A program made the position numbers and the translations under genes. A DNA stretch of 63,958 bases, filler included, from Phoronis australis (Eukaryota > Animalia > Phoronida): the NCBI GenBank assembly GCA_002633005.1. It is 7 parts of 7 records of this genome, joined end to end, with 100 filler letters (N's around TTAATTAATTAA, not from the genome) between each part and the next. Parts side by side here need not be neighbours in the genome. Positions count along the whole stretch, not along the records: positions 47,784 to 59,455 come from NMRA01001684.1; positions 59,556 to 61,672 come from NMRA01003847.1; positions 61,773 to 63,958 come from NMRA01003804.1; 4 more parts are not named here. One strand, given 5' to 3'. The notes below the pieces were generated by a model. The model had not been told where the DNA came from and did no database searches. It was given only the letters and a program-made list of their open reading frames with translations. How positions within the stretch are numbered: position 1 is the stretch's first letter; each line of letters starts with the position of its first letter. Of the stretch, positions 51,100 through 63,958 are shown piece by piece.

Positions 51100-52430
51100 T
51101 GTGCTGTTCACACAAGCAGTTCTGGTGCAAACAAAGCTTGCGACAACACACAAGCCTACTTCCCTATACAGCTGTGCTGACATAATAATGCCCCCACTGG
51201 ATTTAGCAGATCAGCCAGAGTATTTACAGGTCCAGCCACTGTACTGTTTCCTCCCTTTGAATTCTTACAATGCTACATCCTTGACAATCGCAGATTGCCT
51301 CTCTCAATGCATACTCCACTTCCTCTGTCCCAGTTTCCCCACATTTGCTAAGAGTGGCCTATCTCAACAAATTACTTTGGACCTGTTGTGGTATAAGCCA
51401 GTAATCTTTGGCAATGATTTTCCCCGACTCGTTCCTCAAGCTACAAATTCTCTTTGACATATCTTCTGGGAGCAGACTTTACGACCTCTCTCTAGCCCCC
51501 TCACTTAGTTGTCCATAAGGGTACCTTCTTGCTGGTTGTGAACTTTTCCATACCCAACCTTTACTAATAATCGGCAAGTCTCCAACTTCAGCCGAAGCCA
51601 CTTCTTCAGCATAAGCCTTTCCCGATTCCTAAAATTGTATTAATGAAAAAATTAAACACATTAAATTTAATGTGACCATTTCAGCTCAGAAAATATGAAT
51701 ACCAAGCTAAAGTGAAGGCACCAATATTTTTGACGGCTTTAGCATGTTTAATTAACTTCATAATCCCAGAAATTCATTGGCAGACAAAACATACTCCCTA
51801 GTCTCTAAAAATAGTTCATGGAGAGAAGTCATGTTACACATTTGGTGGTTGTTATGAAAAGTTATGATGACTACCTAATTTCTATGCCAATGTATACATG
51901 TAGTTGCATAAACGCATCAACACATTTGAATAAGATATGATTAAGCAATAAGGCCCAAGTTATAAGCAATCACGGTGTGTCTATAAAAGTATTTTTGCAT
52001 GAATGACGTGCTTCTAAAAATATTCCTCAGGGTTCAGACCCTGGAGTTTAGTGATTCCTACCTGAGCCTACACGAAGCAGGACGTTGAACCTTGACTTGA
52101 TGTCTTTGGTAATTTTTCAGGCCTCTATCAGGCTTTATCAGATTTCTCCTCTAGTGTGCAGTGGATGTTCTCAGTGTCTTTGGCGACAGCAATATATCTC
52201 GAGTGTTGTAAAGATGATTCGGGCAAGTGATTGTAGCTCCTGCTGCACACCTGCCTTCGAGGCAGACACGTCACTGAGACAGACTACTTCTCAGGAGGAC
52301 ACGTTGCACCTCCACATCAGCTCCACGTACTCTTATAAGGTGCTCAAATGTCTCGCTCTATACCTTGTGCATTTCCCAAGAGTTTCCAAAGTTGTTTCTC
52401 TCCGCAATTTGTAGAAATATCACATTCGAT
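51100..52430 (-). pseudogene. Degraded DNA-transposase remnants, probably Sola3-like, with the core deleted
   Basis: Exon 52062-52430: ITCPNH...EHPLH...VLLRVGS|G. Exon ending at 51628: GIGKGLC then KGW...SQPARR...PEDMSK...RNESG...KDYWLIPQQVQS, spread over several frames. Family assignment is from recalled motifs. Confidence 0.45.
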
Positions 52431-55400
52431 GCGACTGGCAGTGCCAGATAACTAGATAAATTCGCAAATCCGCACTTTAGGTCAGCCATCATTCAACCAA
52501 CGCATTGTAAGCTTTAGTTTGGTATTCAGACGAGTTGGATGAACAAATTTAGTATAATTTCATATTTTAGTGGGAAATTCTAGTGTCCTTAAAATTAACT
52601 AAAAACATTTAAGCAAACTAATTCTTTTAATTGCTGTATTATACCACGGCATATTAATGCGTAGAAACGGCGCATAACTAGTGACTGGTTTAACATGAAA
52701 AATACACATACGCGGTCTGAAAATAGTGAAATTCAGACACCTATTACCAAGCCTGCCTGAAGGGCTGACAAAGTTTTTATTGTATTAATTTCAAGGGCAT
52801 GGAGTCTTCTACATGTCCATGTTATTATTTTTAGTTTTCTAGCGGGGGCAGCTTCGCTATAAGGGTACAACTTACTGCTGGTTTTTCACAAGAAGGAAAT
52901 GTACCTCCACGGAAACAGTTCCAGTGTTACCATGGTAACCGATATTGCAGTGTCGGTGCCGTTTTTACTGACACTGGTCATGAACCTATCATGTGATATC
53001 AAAATTGTTCAGAAACGATTCTTTTTGAAGCAGAAACTGGAGTAGAAAATTTGGTCAAAAATGACTCATTCCACACCAAGAAATTGCCTCATTTTGCCCC
53101 CAAGAACACTTCCCTTGTATNNNNNNNNNNNNNNNNNNNNNNNNNNNNNNNNNNNNNNNNNNNNNNNNNNNNNNNNNNNNNNNNNNNNNNNNNNNNNNNN
53201 NNNNNNNNNNNNNNNNNNNNNNNNNNNNNNNNNNNNNNNNNNNNNNNNNNNNNNNNNNNNNNNCTGGAGAGCTTCATAGAATTGCCCAAAATTCTGCGTA
53301 TTTGGCGGCATTTCACAGGAACTGTGAAGAAACTCCCACAGATTTGACGATGGAATATTTTTAATTTACCTTATTTTGGTAGAAAAAAATATCTCACTTT
53401 AAATAGTTAGGAACTTCTTTCTAATAAAAGCCTTTTGAAATTCCACACTTACTACCCATTTCCCTATTGGAATACATGGGAATATTGGATGTGCTGTAAT
53501 CCATACAAAAACATTTTTTTGATTTTTAAAATAACTTTTTATTTTATTGTTTGGTATCCTTAATAAAACCCCATTGACAAAATCCATGAATTTTAACATG
53601 CCTCCGCCGACCTCTGCAGGTTTTCTCAGATAATGCCTCTTAATACACATTTAAACAATATTAAGTTGATGTTCCATTTTAGGTGGTCACAATATCTTAG
53701 TTTAGTACCGTCGGTACCAGGGTTAGGTATACGTGTCGTCTGTTGTTGAGTTAAGTGGTTACAATATCCCCTTATTATCTTCCACGGGTTACACGCGACA
53801 TACGTTATTGAAAGATGAGAGAGAGCAAATGGGATAATACGACGAAAGGTGGCGCACGCAAAATAAGGTAATCAACCTTTTGTTTTTCTTCAGTACGCAG
53901 CACAATCCCTATTTCGTTTCCGCTCTCGATCAGTTGAACTCTACAAACAAAAGTATTCAACATCTTATCAGAGCATCCGGATGGTGGACGGTGCCAGGCC
54001 CTAACCTACCTGATGACGTCAACAGTCACGTGAATTCCGATTCGATCTCGTACTTCTTCCGCTTTATTGAAGTCTTCCGGTAACACTGACGCATGACCTT
54101 GGCGTTGGATGGAGGTCCCTCTCTGTCAGGTCCAATTAAACCTATTACGTAATGAGTTGCAACGTCATTGTCACTTTCATCCAGTAGGCGGATAATGTCC
54201 CTTCCGGTTGCGCCCGTTACACTTGACCTTTGATCTTTAATTTCTGATGTATATCCTTTGACCCAGGATCCTCCCAAACGTGCCACGAAAAGAACTTACT
54301 ATACTACTCAGCAATTATCTGTTGTATATATTCTGTGTATCCAGGGTCTTACCTTCGTGAGTAACTAATTCGTTCCCAAATTTCATTTTACATGTAGTTT
54401 TAAGACTTTAGAGCAGATGCGACCTGTTTAGCTGTCTAATAAAGTTGAAATCGAATTAATCTTCTTACTCTCATTAAATTAGTCTCACAATAATCCCATG
54501 CGTGCAACCAGATTTTCTAGGGCAGTGGGTCGATTGTCAAAAAGAGGCGGGGTTAAATTGAGCTTCAAAATAATGTGCTTGTTCAGAAAATTTAAATTGA
54601 TATGTCGCCTTTTTAAAGAGACATGGAACGCTAAAGCTCGTTAAAATATCTTTTAAAGAATTCTTGTCGAACGTCTAGTATAGAGTAATTCACTTGCCCC
54701 TCCGAGGAATAATCCAGAAAAAAATCCCAAAGCTCACGAACTCACGATCATGCGATGTGTTTCTAATCTCCCTTCCACTTATGATAAATGCGCTCACAGT
54801 CAGTTGCTTGAGGTCAAAGGACACATAAGGGAAATGTGCAACGTCTATGTCTATGACTTGCCACATCAAATACGGAGATGTACCTTGTGGGAGAAAAATT
54901 GACAAATGGCGAGCAGTTGACAGTTCATTTTTTTGAAATTTAAAAATAAAAGAAAATGTTTTGATATCAACAGAAATTAAAAATATTTACGAGCAAACCC
55001 TTAAATACTTGGTGAGCCGGTGGAATTCCGTTTCAGTGGCAGAGAACCACTTTCAATATTACAATTTATTGTTTTCGTCGCGTTCCAGGCCTCTTTAATA
55101 TAAGACCTTAAAGACATGACCACATTGGCGAGAATTCATGGAATGCACTGACGAGTTTGAAGTTTTGGAGTAAACTAGGTATGACAAAAAACAGAAGTCA
55201 AATCAGCAGAACATGGGGCTTTTTACAAGATTACGCAGCTCAGTATGGTACTTTGAGAATTTGTGAGCCAGGTATTCTATTTACATCAGAGGCACGTATA
55301 ACCATCTATTTTTCGAGAAAGTGGTAATTACTCTAAAGAACAGTGCTGTATTTTCAATTGTAACACACATCACAGCTTTATTACAAATCATAGACGTTCT

Positions 55401-56489
55401 TCATAATGTGGAACGGAAGGTTAGCATGCATAAGTTTCCAACCTAAATGAAAATCGGTTGACAAAAGTGTTATCAAACTTCCTGAATTCTTATAACACAC
55501 TCAGTTGGTATGTCCCACATGAAATATTGCAAAATGGTCATATACCAAATTCAGTAAACAAGTTTTATTCTTCGTTCGAATAGAAATTGTAAAAAAAGTT
55601 TTTAAAAAATATGTATTTTATGTTGTTGTACACTCAATAGTGGACTTGACATGTTCTCCTTCCATTAACAAATTTGAATAAGCAAGCATGGTCTTACACT
55701 TGTGCATTAATGATTAAAGAATGTGCTGCTTCATTTATAACTTGAAAAGACCACAGACAATCACAAAAAGTAGAATTAAGAGCTCATAGAGAGGGCTGTG
55801 TAAGGCTGACTTTTTCAGAAATGCTAGTCTGAAGAAGGTGAACATGCTTTTTCACTTGCAGTTAACCACCAAGTGCTTAAATAGTGTATATATTATCATC
55901 TGCTGACAATTTACCTATCAAACATCTAAGTAGATCAATCTGGGTTTAAGTTTAATACTGGACCATGCAGTTACTTGAACCTGTGGTCAATTCCACCTGT
56001 TAATAATAGTCCTTGGATACTGAAGTATATATATTAATTGTTTTGAGGAAATTGATTTGATAGGCTAATACTGATACGTACCGTGCACTCTGTGACATCA
56101 ACCAGTATATTCAGCCAGTGCAAGTTAGGTAAAAATGGTAAAATTGAAAGACTGAGATTGAGGGGTCAAGGCTTGATTTCGAGTCTGTTCGTACCCTTAC
56201 TCGCACCCAAGTTCCTTGTCTGTGATCCAACCAGTAATTGTGTGATCAACTCAACAATTTTCATTTTCTAAATAACAGGTAATATTGAGTCATTTTGCAC
56301 ATATAAATTTGGCAGGATTGATTGATTTTAAATATCGTATGCCAAAAATCAACTTTTGAAACACTTTTGAAATTTGATCTGGGTAAGAGTTGGCTTGGGT
56401 AAGAGTTGACTTGTGTTCGAAGTGACCTGTTTCCCCAAGTCCAGGTTGAAACTAAATTAATAAAGTTTAATATGATAAATATGACTTAC

Positions 56490-56855
56490 GTTACGTCTTG
56501 TCCACATTTACAGCACAAAGAAAATGGCCTTGAATTAGCTGAGTGACTACAGTTGAGTAGGCCTGGGTTGTCTTCGTCTCCACATGCACCACATTTTACA
56601 CATAACTCGCCGGCTACATGCGTCAAATCACAGCCAGTTACAGTTGATCGCCAAGTCACTCCACAGCGTTGACAAAAACCATTTTCTGACGCGGCGAGAA
56701 ATGAATGCGAATGAGAAGAATCGTGATATTCTTTTTCCAAATCACGTTTTGCCTGGCTGGCAGATCTTTGGGGTGTCGAAAAACGTTTTCTTGGAGCAGA
56801 TCCGAAAGGTGAAATAGGTGAAAGACAGGGTCTTTTCGAGTTAGAACGGTCCATG
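56490..56855 (-). CDS. Putative exon encoding a Cys-rich (three CxxC) protein of unknown function
   Basis: MDRSNSKRPCLSP...CQRC...CVKCGAC...CCKC, ending at a gtaagt donor; GC-richer than its flanks. Confidence 0.4.
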
Positions 56856-57099
56856 TCATTTTGAGAATAAAGCGCGCGAAGAAAGCAGGCGATAACAGAA
56901 GTCGCTAGTCTCACTGTCAATGTTAAGATTTGATGTTATAAACAGGTTTGGAAAGTCAGTAAATTGCAGAACGAATAATTAGTTTCAATAATGTTTATTG
57001 TTTCTAAATCACAACAATTACATCACAGTACAGACAAAAATAACATCAAAAATATATTTAGTCTCGCACCCATTACACAGCTGTCAACGCTGAAGTTGA

Positions 57100-57305
57100 C
57101 ATTTTGTCCGTTGACCGTGTTTGGGGGGCCGTTAACCGTGTTTCCTCGTGAATGTGAGTCCGTGTCCCGTGTAGGCCTATTTGGGTGCGTGGATCGTGTT
57201 TTGTGAGTCCGTTCCCGTGTTTGTGAGTCAGTGGACGGTGTTTGCCGGTCCGTGAGTCGTGTTCATGCGTCCGTTCCCGTGTTTTTGAGTCCGTTGACCG
57301 TTAGT
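57100..57305. repeat. Degenerate tandem repeat of about 20-22 bp
   Basis: Units like GTGTTTGTGAGTCCGTTCCC. Confidence 0.75.
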
Positions 57306-57742
57306 TTAGGTACCTTGACAGTGCAATTGGCCAATCCCGAAACCAAAATACAAAAATATCAAATGGCAATAGCATGTTTATTATTAATTCATTAATTCTT
57401 AACTAATGTAAAAACTAAGTAGCTAATAATGTTCCAGAACAACTCAAGTAGGATTTGGATACACTGGGCAATGAGAATGTTTTGGGAAAACGGAATAGGA
57501 ATTTTTTTAACAAATTAGTTGATATTTTTTCTCAAATTTTTATCCATTTCAAATTTGCCCTGTTAAATGTTTTGTACTTAGTTTTGAAAGAAACAGGAAA
57601 ATGACAAATAATACTACTGCGTCAGAGAGTTTTGTGGAGAGGATGTCATTTGCACTTGTGACATGAACAAATAATGAATTTCTTTTTATAATAGAATGAA
57701 AATTGTGTTTGAAAGAATGCAAGCTATGCAGTAAAACAATCA

Positions 57743-57905
57743 TGCGCTGTGAACATCCTATAGAAATCCGGCACTGTGAGCACTCTTTAGCAATACCGCG
57801 CTGTGAACACTCGATAGCAATCCCGCGCTGTGAACACTCTTTAGCAATACCGAGCTATGACCAGTCCACAGCAATGCCGAGCTGTGACCACTCTACAGGA
57901 ATGCC
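57743..57905. repeat. 27-bp tandem repeat x6
   Basis: Unit GCGCTGTGAACACTCTTTAGCAATACC, with a divergence gradient. Confidence 0.9.
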
Positions 57906-58404
57906 GCTGACATTGCCTTGAATGGTTGTGATGAATACGCATATCCGCAGTCATGGTACCTCTGGATTTCCAAAACTATGCTACATGAATAGGTGATTAT
58001 GCCACAATTTTGATAATGTCCACGAAAAGTATTTGTTTTATTCAATTGTTTTTGTTGCGTTCCTTTTATGCAGATTTTATATTTTGATGAAGCAGTTGGC
58101 AGATTTGTTCGCCAAGGCAACCATTTATGGTATTTCACTAAATGCACAGACTCGTCAATAGGTTCTGGAACTGCATATGAGGCATTCCGAGACGCGTACT
58201 AACGGATTGCCGATCCGTAATAAGATTCAGTTTTGCTTTTCTTGCACTAATGGGCCTTCGTATAAATGTCTTGCTTTCGTTTTCGAAAAAAATTGCTAGT
58301 GTACTTCACCTGCTTCCTAGTCACGTGACCTTGAAGTACCTTCTTACACCTAAGCTCACTTTGCCCGACAAGTACATCTAATTTTTAACATGAACTAGTA
58401 ATAT

Positions 58405-58407
58405 AGT

Positions 58408-58482
<75 letters not shown>
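58405..58482. repeat. (CAG)n microsatellite, about 22 units
   Basis: Direct inspection; flanked by TAG units. Confidence 0.95.
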
Positions 58483-58483
<1 letters not shown>

Positions 58484-58489
58484 CCCATT

Positions 58490-58900
58490 ATTCACATTAA
58501 GATAAAAACACAAATAGTACAGCTTAGAGAGACCTGAAGGAGCTGCAGGGTTCACTGACCCTGTTGCAGATAATGAGAATTACAAAATTAGGTGATCCTA
58601 CAATTTAAAACTATATGTAAAAGGTCTAGCTTATCGAAAATAGTTACACACAAAGCACTTAGGAATACTGCACTCAAGTTCATAACTTTCAAAACAAACG
58701 TTCTTCAAATAATTCATAGTAGAAGATAATGAATGGGAAAAATATTTTTAGAAGTACTTACAGGAAGGTTATTAATGGTATGAGGTAAGCCATTGCGAAC
58801 TGAATCATCTGCAAATGATTTAGTACAACGAGGAGTGTGTAGAAGATGTAGTTGCCTAGTGTAATGTTCATGAATAGACCCACGGATTAATAACTACTAA
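58490..58900 (-). mobile_element. 3' end of an L2/CR1-type LINE
   Basis: HEHYTRQLHLLHTPRCTKSFADDSVRNGLPHTINNLP resembles the LINE ORF2 C-terminus. Confidence 0.55.
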
Positions 58901-60972
58901 AATAATGAAGTATGATCGTCCAACACAGGACTCGGTTATTAGTTACGAATACCAGATTGCTGGATTTTCAAAGTGATTTTTTCCATTTCGGAAAGAGAGT
59001 TTTGTTTAATTATGGTATGCCGCCGACTGTCCGTGGTCATTCAAAATTTGTGATACTCAGCAAGAGATTTCATCCAGTGCATTTGTCAATTATAAGCTTT
59101 TCAAAAACGGTTTTATGTTTTCACTTAAAATCAATCAAAATTAAAATGAATCTCAACCTATTTCCAGAAGACGGGTGTGGAACTCAAACTCAAACGGTTT
59201 TCTATCAAAGATCGGCATTTCAGGCCTCGAAATGATGTGGAAATTATAGCAAGAGATAAAAACAACACAACCATTGAAGTCAACATAAGAACCAAGCGAC
59301 TCTATTCGGGGAAGACAAATACTAGAAATGGACTGAGGTCAAAGGTTAATCCACAAATGAACAACTCGTCTGACACGGCAGTCAAGCGTACCATTCCATT
59401 CCCAAATACTTATTCTTGAGAGGTTACTCCTCCCATAGGCGGATTTAGGGGGGGGNNNNNNNNNNNNNNNNNNNNNNNNNNNNNNNNNNNNNNNNNNNNT
59501 TAATTAATTAANNNNNNNNNNNNNNNNNNNNNNNNNNNNNNNNNNNNNNNNNNNNATGTCTGACTGATACAGGCCTGCAGTCTTCCGTGTACTGAGAACT
59601 TGTGATAACTGGAACAATACAGCGGTGACTAAGACGGAACTACATTAAACAAGTAACCCTGCGCGTATCTTTATCTCAGCTATGCAGTAATTCGACCAGG
59701 CAGACTTGATGACACACCGATGAGGCAACTGATGCAGTTTGAACGCACACAGTCAGTCGACGTAACGTTGAGTGTAAATTGAATGACTAGGTCTTGATCA
59801 ATTGCTCCCGCTTTATATACTGTTGAGCTCTTCCACTCCCATGTGTTTACCAAAAGAATCTATTCACAAATTTCATTTCTCAGGCTACTCTTTTCTGACT
59901 CATTTTGCACGATAGGTAGGTCATGAGTGAATAGTCGCGCTCTAAATATATCACCAGTACAAAGGGGAGCAAAAGGGCCTATTGCATCAAAATGAATTAT
60001 GACGTCAAAGACGTAATTTCTTCCTGACGTCGAATTTCATTTATAAATATTGTGGCTAAAAGCTACGTAAATTTAGGCGTGGCTTAAGACCCAAATGGAA
60101 ATTGCCTCATCTGTGGAAGCACTATACTCTTCTGCCATATATGGTAATTTACAACGAATGTATCATACTAGATACGCTTGACAAAACTGACGAGAATTTG
60201 AGCTCAATAATTAGTAAAATTCATTTGTAAAACAAAAGGGCTGTGCGATAAGAAAAACTCGTCTTCCCAGTCCAGTACGCCACGAACACGAAAAATGATT
60301 ACCAATATTGACACATAGACAAAAACACCAAGTAAAAGAAGACAGCCAAACAATTGTAATAGAGGGATGCTCTCGACAAGAAAAGTAATTTCGTATTGTA
60401 AGGACACGGGTCTATTCCGTTCAACAATAAAACGATAAGGTCCCTTCAAACTGATTTTTTCACGCTTTTCTTCGTTTGCCAGTGTGTAAGTTGGCAGCAA
60501 TTTTTCTGTAATAAAAATACTACTGAACCTTTGCTAGCGTCTTCTAAGAAGTTCGGAACAACACACAGTATGATAACTTTCTAATTCTCATTGCAATGAA
60601 GAGGACTAATACACATGACAACTGTCTTGTGTCTGCATTGGTCAGAGACAGGGTATGTGCTTATATAAGGTTATTTCATGAAATACGGATGACTTTGCCC
60701 GCTCCAGTTACTCATACAAAACGATTCGACCCTGACTAACGATTCACCTGGAACGGGGAGTTCATTTTTAGACATCAAATTAATAACGTAAATTTCTATA
60801 CGTTGTCAATAAAACCGACTTGAAGTATGTTATACATTATCAATGAAATTTTTCCCGGTGATAATGTTCGGTGGCGTAAAATAAAACGTCAAACAAGGCC
60901 ATATTCATTTCACCTGTATGAGGAAATAACAGTAATTTTACATAAAGAGTGTCTGACTTGGTTGACCGGTCT

Positions 60973-61246
60973 CAGGGGCGGATCCAGGACTTTGAGTTGG
61001 GGGGGGCAGGACACAGGAATAACCAGAATGTCGGCACATGCGCGCGCCCAGCATAAAATGTAGAGATGCAGGGGTCTCCAATTTTTGGGTTTGCAGACCT
61101 TATTACTAAAAAAACGGTAAAGGGGTTTGTTCAAGACCTATGCATTGTGCATTCGCCCNACTAGTCAGCAAACTTCCAAATGGTATCTGGGGAGAATTTT
61201 AGGGGGGCCATGTCCCCCTTGCCTCCCCCCCCTAAATCCGCCACTG
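60973..61246. mobile_element. hAT-like MITE with 5-bp TSD
   Basis: caggggcggatcc...aaatccgccactg with GGTCT immediately on both sides. Confidence 0.7.
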
Positions 61247-61499
61247 GGTCTTGTAATACTAAATAGCGTTACAAAGGACTTTCCCAATCTATGAACAGTT
61301 TGTGATGTTCTGTAGTCATGGTCTTCGATAAATAACTGAGTAAGGTTGTGCAGGGCCTTATCGAGTACAAAGCTATAGATTTTAACAAAGCAAGGTATAG
61401 ATATTTTCGCAAAGTAAAATTCCGTAGACTTTGATTTTTGGCTTCATAACAATCTGCCAATGATTATGTCACGTGACCTTAATGTTTTACGAAAATTTC

Positions 61500-61663
61500 A
61501 GAATGTAAACTTTGAAATAAAACATTATTCTGATTGCACCACTAACAATATTATTTACCTTATAACTTGTAAAAAATGTTCTATAGGACAAACTCAACAT
61601 AATCTACAAACTCGGTTTCGTAATCATAGATTTAACATACATAAAACATTTCTGATACTATAG
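61500..61663 (+). mobile_element. Penelope-like element GIY-YIG endonuclease fragment
   Basis: DCTTNNIIYLITCKKC(..)SIGQTQHNLQTRFRNHR matches the CxxxNxIYxIxCxxC..YIGxT...R..H motif. Confidence 0.75.
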
Positions 61664-61772
61664 GTAATCATTNNNNNNNNNNNNNNNNNNNNNNNNNNNN
61701 NNNNNNNNNNNNNNNNTTAATTAATTAANNNNNNNNNNNNNNNNNNNNNNNNNNNNNNNNNNNNNNNNNNNN

Positions 61773-62284
61773 TCCCGACACTGATGTTTGAATGGGTTGA
61801 CTGGCGGTCGGCTCACTAGAGGCAAATGGTGGTCTAGAGGGTTGCTGTCCATGGACTGGTGGTGGGCCAGTTGGAGGTTGTTGCATGGTTTGATTAGGAG
61901 GTGGTGCTGGGCCACCAATAGGTGGCGCTGGGCCAGCGAGAGGTGTTGGGCCACCAAGAGGTGGCGCTGGGCCACCAAGAGGTGGCGCTGGGCCACCGTA
62001 AGACGATGCTTGGCCCACATGAGGTGATGCTTGTACACCAAAGGATGCAGCTTGGCTGCTATGAGGTGGCACTGGGCCGCCATGAGGTGGAGGTGGACCA
62101 CCAAGAGGTGGGGTTTGGCCACCATGAGATGCTGCTTGGAAACCTTGAAACAGCTGCCTGTTCACCGCACCAGGTTGCTCCATAAAACCATCCATCTGGC
62201 GCGGACTGGCCGAATATTTCCCAGGTGACTGAGGAGAGTTCCTCATTACAGCAGACCGCGGCTGCATACCAGGCTGTGGGGTAC
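61773..62284 (-). CDS. Exon of a Pro/Gly/Gln-rich protein (partial, runs into a linker)
   Basis: caacag acceptor, then about 170 open codons with GGPAPPL repeats (21-bp unit); phase 1 matches the upstream exon. Confidence 0.75.
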
Positions 62285-63079
62285 CTGTTGATTTAAAATA
62301 CAAAATTCAATCTACATAGTTTTGCACTATATAAATGAGCATTATGACCAGTTTTTCATGTAAATGATGGGTTGAAAACATTAATTGGTCATGTTTTGTA
62401 GAATGGAGACTAAAAACTAAGTGGGAAAATAAAGAGTATCTCCAGGGCTTGAAATGACCAATGACAAAAAACAAGGAAACGTTTACAGCCCAAAACATGC
62501 GCGCTACCCAGCCTTGAAATAGTCGATATGAACCTTACGCCGACAAAAATCGGGAGGACTAAAAATAAAAAAACCTAACCATCATCAGTAGCATGTATCT
62601 GCGTCTTTTTAGCTCGACCGTCCACTCCCACCCCCACACATTTTTGGCTGCAGAGCCGTAGTATTTGTCACTGCTGTTTACAATCACACGAGACGCCATT
62701 GAAAATCCTACCACGCTATCCCAGATGCCCCGGCAATGTTGACAATTTACGTTCCTCCGAAACATAAAGAGCAACTTCCGCTTTTCGAGGTGAACGTCGT
62801 CGGCAACGCCGCGGTAAGAAAGGAATTTGCCGCAGAAATTTTATATCAAATCCCGATTTTTTTACAGGGAAATATAATAAAATGCGCTGACAGAACATTT
62901 GAAAAAAGCGGAAATCCGCGTTTCCACGGAAAATTCCAAGCCTTGTATCTCATTAATGAAATATTCATGAAGTCACAGCAAAATAGTCTTGACCAATTAT
63001 ATTCATGCATCGTGTAATTCTGTTTCCTTTAAAATATATGTCAAACTATTTTGCTAAAAATTTTGTTACTTATACATAC

Positions 63080-63172
63080 CTGGCTTACTTGAATTGAACT
63101 GTCCCTCTAACATTTCATACTGCTGGTTTGAGACAGGTGAAGGACCTCGCGAGGACTTTCTTGACTGAGGAT
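63080..63172 (-). CDS. Upstream exon of the same Pro-rich gene
   Basis: ttccag / gtatgt boundaries, 93 nt, phase 1-1: DPQSRKSSRGPSPVSNQQYEMLEGQFNSSKP. Confidence 0.6.
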
Positions 63173-63958
63173 CTGGAATACATGGGGCATGACAGAGAAT
63201 AAGTTGAACCAATTTCAAATACCTAACCTTATAGTCAGTACTAGATGATTGAAGACAAACATAAGATCAATGCAGACCATTGACACAAACCCGTTGTGAG
63301 GGGGTGGAAACAACTCCATGGCCAGTCCTCTAAATTCCACATTTTATCCTCTATACCTCAGTCAAGAACAAACAAACCCAGGGTGGAAATCACATACCCA
63401 TGCCCCTATACTCCATAGTCCAGTAACCTAACAGCTTACCCGGGACCAAACCTTGCATAAGGACCAGGATCTGGGTAAGGAATCTGGTCCAAGGGAGTAC
63501 AATTTGGTCACATGGTATGGAGTATTTTCAGCGCATATGTGAAGTTTAATGGTGCAATTGTGGGATTCATAATGGTGTTCAATGGTGTTCATGGGATCGT
63601 AGCTGGAAATCAGAGGCATGGCCAAACAGTTGTTTCCACTCCTCAACTGTGAGCATTACAAACAGCAAATATAAAAGAGGTGATAATTATTGAAAATTGT
63701 CACTACGGAACACAGCAGTAATCCAATCTGAAAAACAATGTTAGCTACACAATCCTGGAAACACACACATCTGCCAAATGTTCGGATGAACCTACAAGCA
63801 GTTTGGCAAATACACGAACGAGTAATGAATCATAAACAATAATTTACAAATTCAGCAATTAGAAGAAAGGAACATTGAAAACAAAACCTGAACCAGGAGT
63901 GGGGGTTGTTGACCCAGTGGTTTGAGCATGCAGATGAAGTTGATGAGAGTACTGGGCT

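Noticed and set aside
53930-54290. Coding-looking minus-strand ORF (GATGRDIIRLLDE...)
   Set aside because: No recognisable motif or consistent splice sites; cannot be supported.
57703-57921. CEHSLAIPR-repeat peptide
   Set aside because: Explained by a 27-bp minisatellite; no exon evidence.
58405-58482. Polyglutamine-coding tract
   Set aside because: No surrounding ORF or splice context; it lies at the tail of a LINE fragment.

Overview
Eukaryotic, AT-rich, intron- and repeat-rich animal DNA, probably from a marine invertebrate; no prokaryotic features. The window is a set of contigs joined by six artificial 100-bp N-TTAATTAATTAA-N linkers, plus three plain N gaps, so adjacency across linkers may not be real. 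Host genes: four exons of sarcosine dehydrogenase (SARDH, minus strand, 32.9-35.9 kb), exons of a Pro/Gly/Gln-rich protein (61.8-64 kb) and a possible TATA-driven secreted-protein gene (9.6-12.8 kb) lying between two copies of a local duplication. The most notable structure is a decayed, intron-rich P-element-family locus (about 19.4-28.4 kb). Its minus-strand THAP/DDE transposase ends about 65 codons after the catalytic Glu and lacks the canonical C-terminal domain. A convergent plus-strand gene ending about 190 bp away carries the motifs of that missing domain, which suggests a split, two-gene P transposase. The rest is nested DNA-transposon derivatives (P-type with 7/8-bp TSDs, MULE-type, Harbinger-type, hAT-like, Sola3-like), L2/CR1 and Penelope fragments, tRNA-like SINE heads and a 4-kb CCTCCACTGG satellite. 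All family assignments come from motif recognition by eye, not from database searches.
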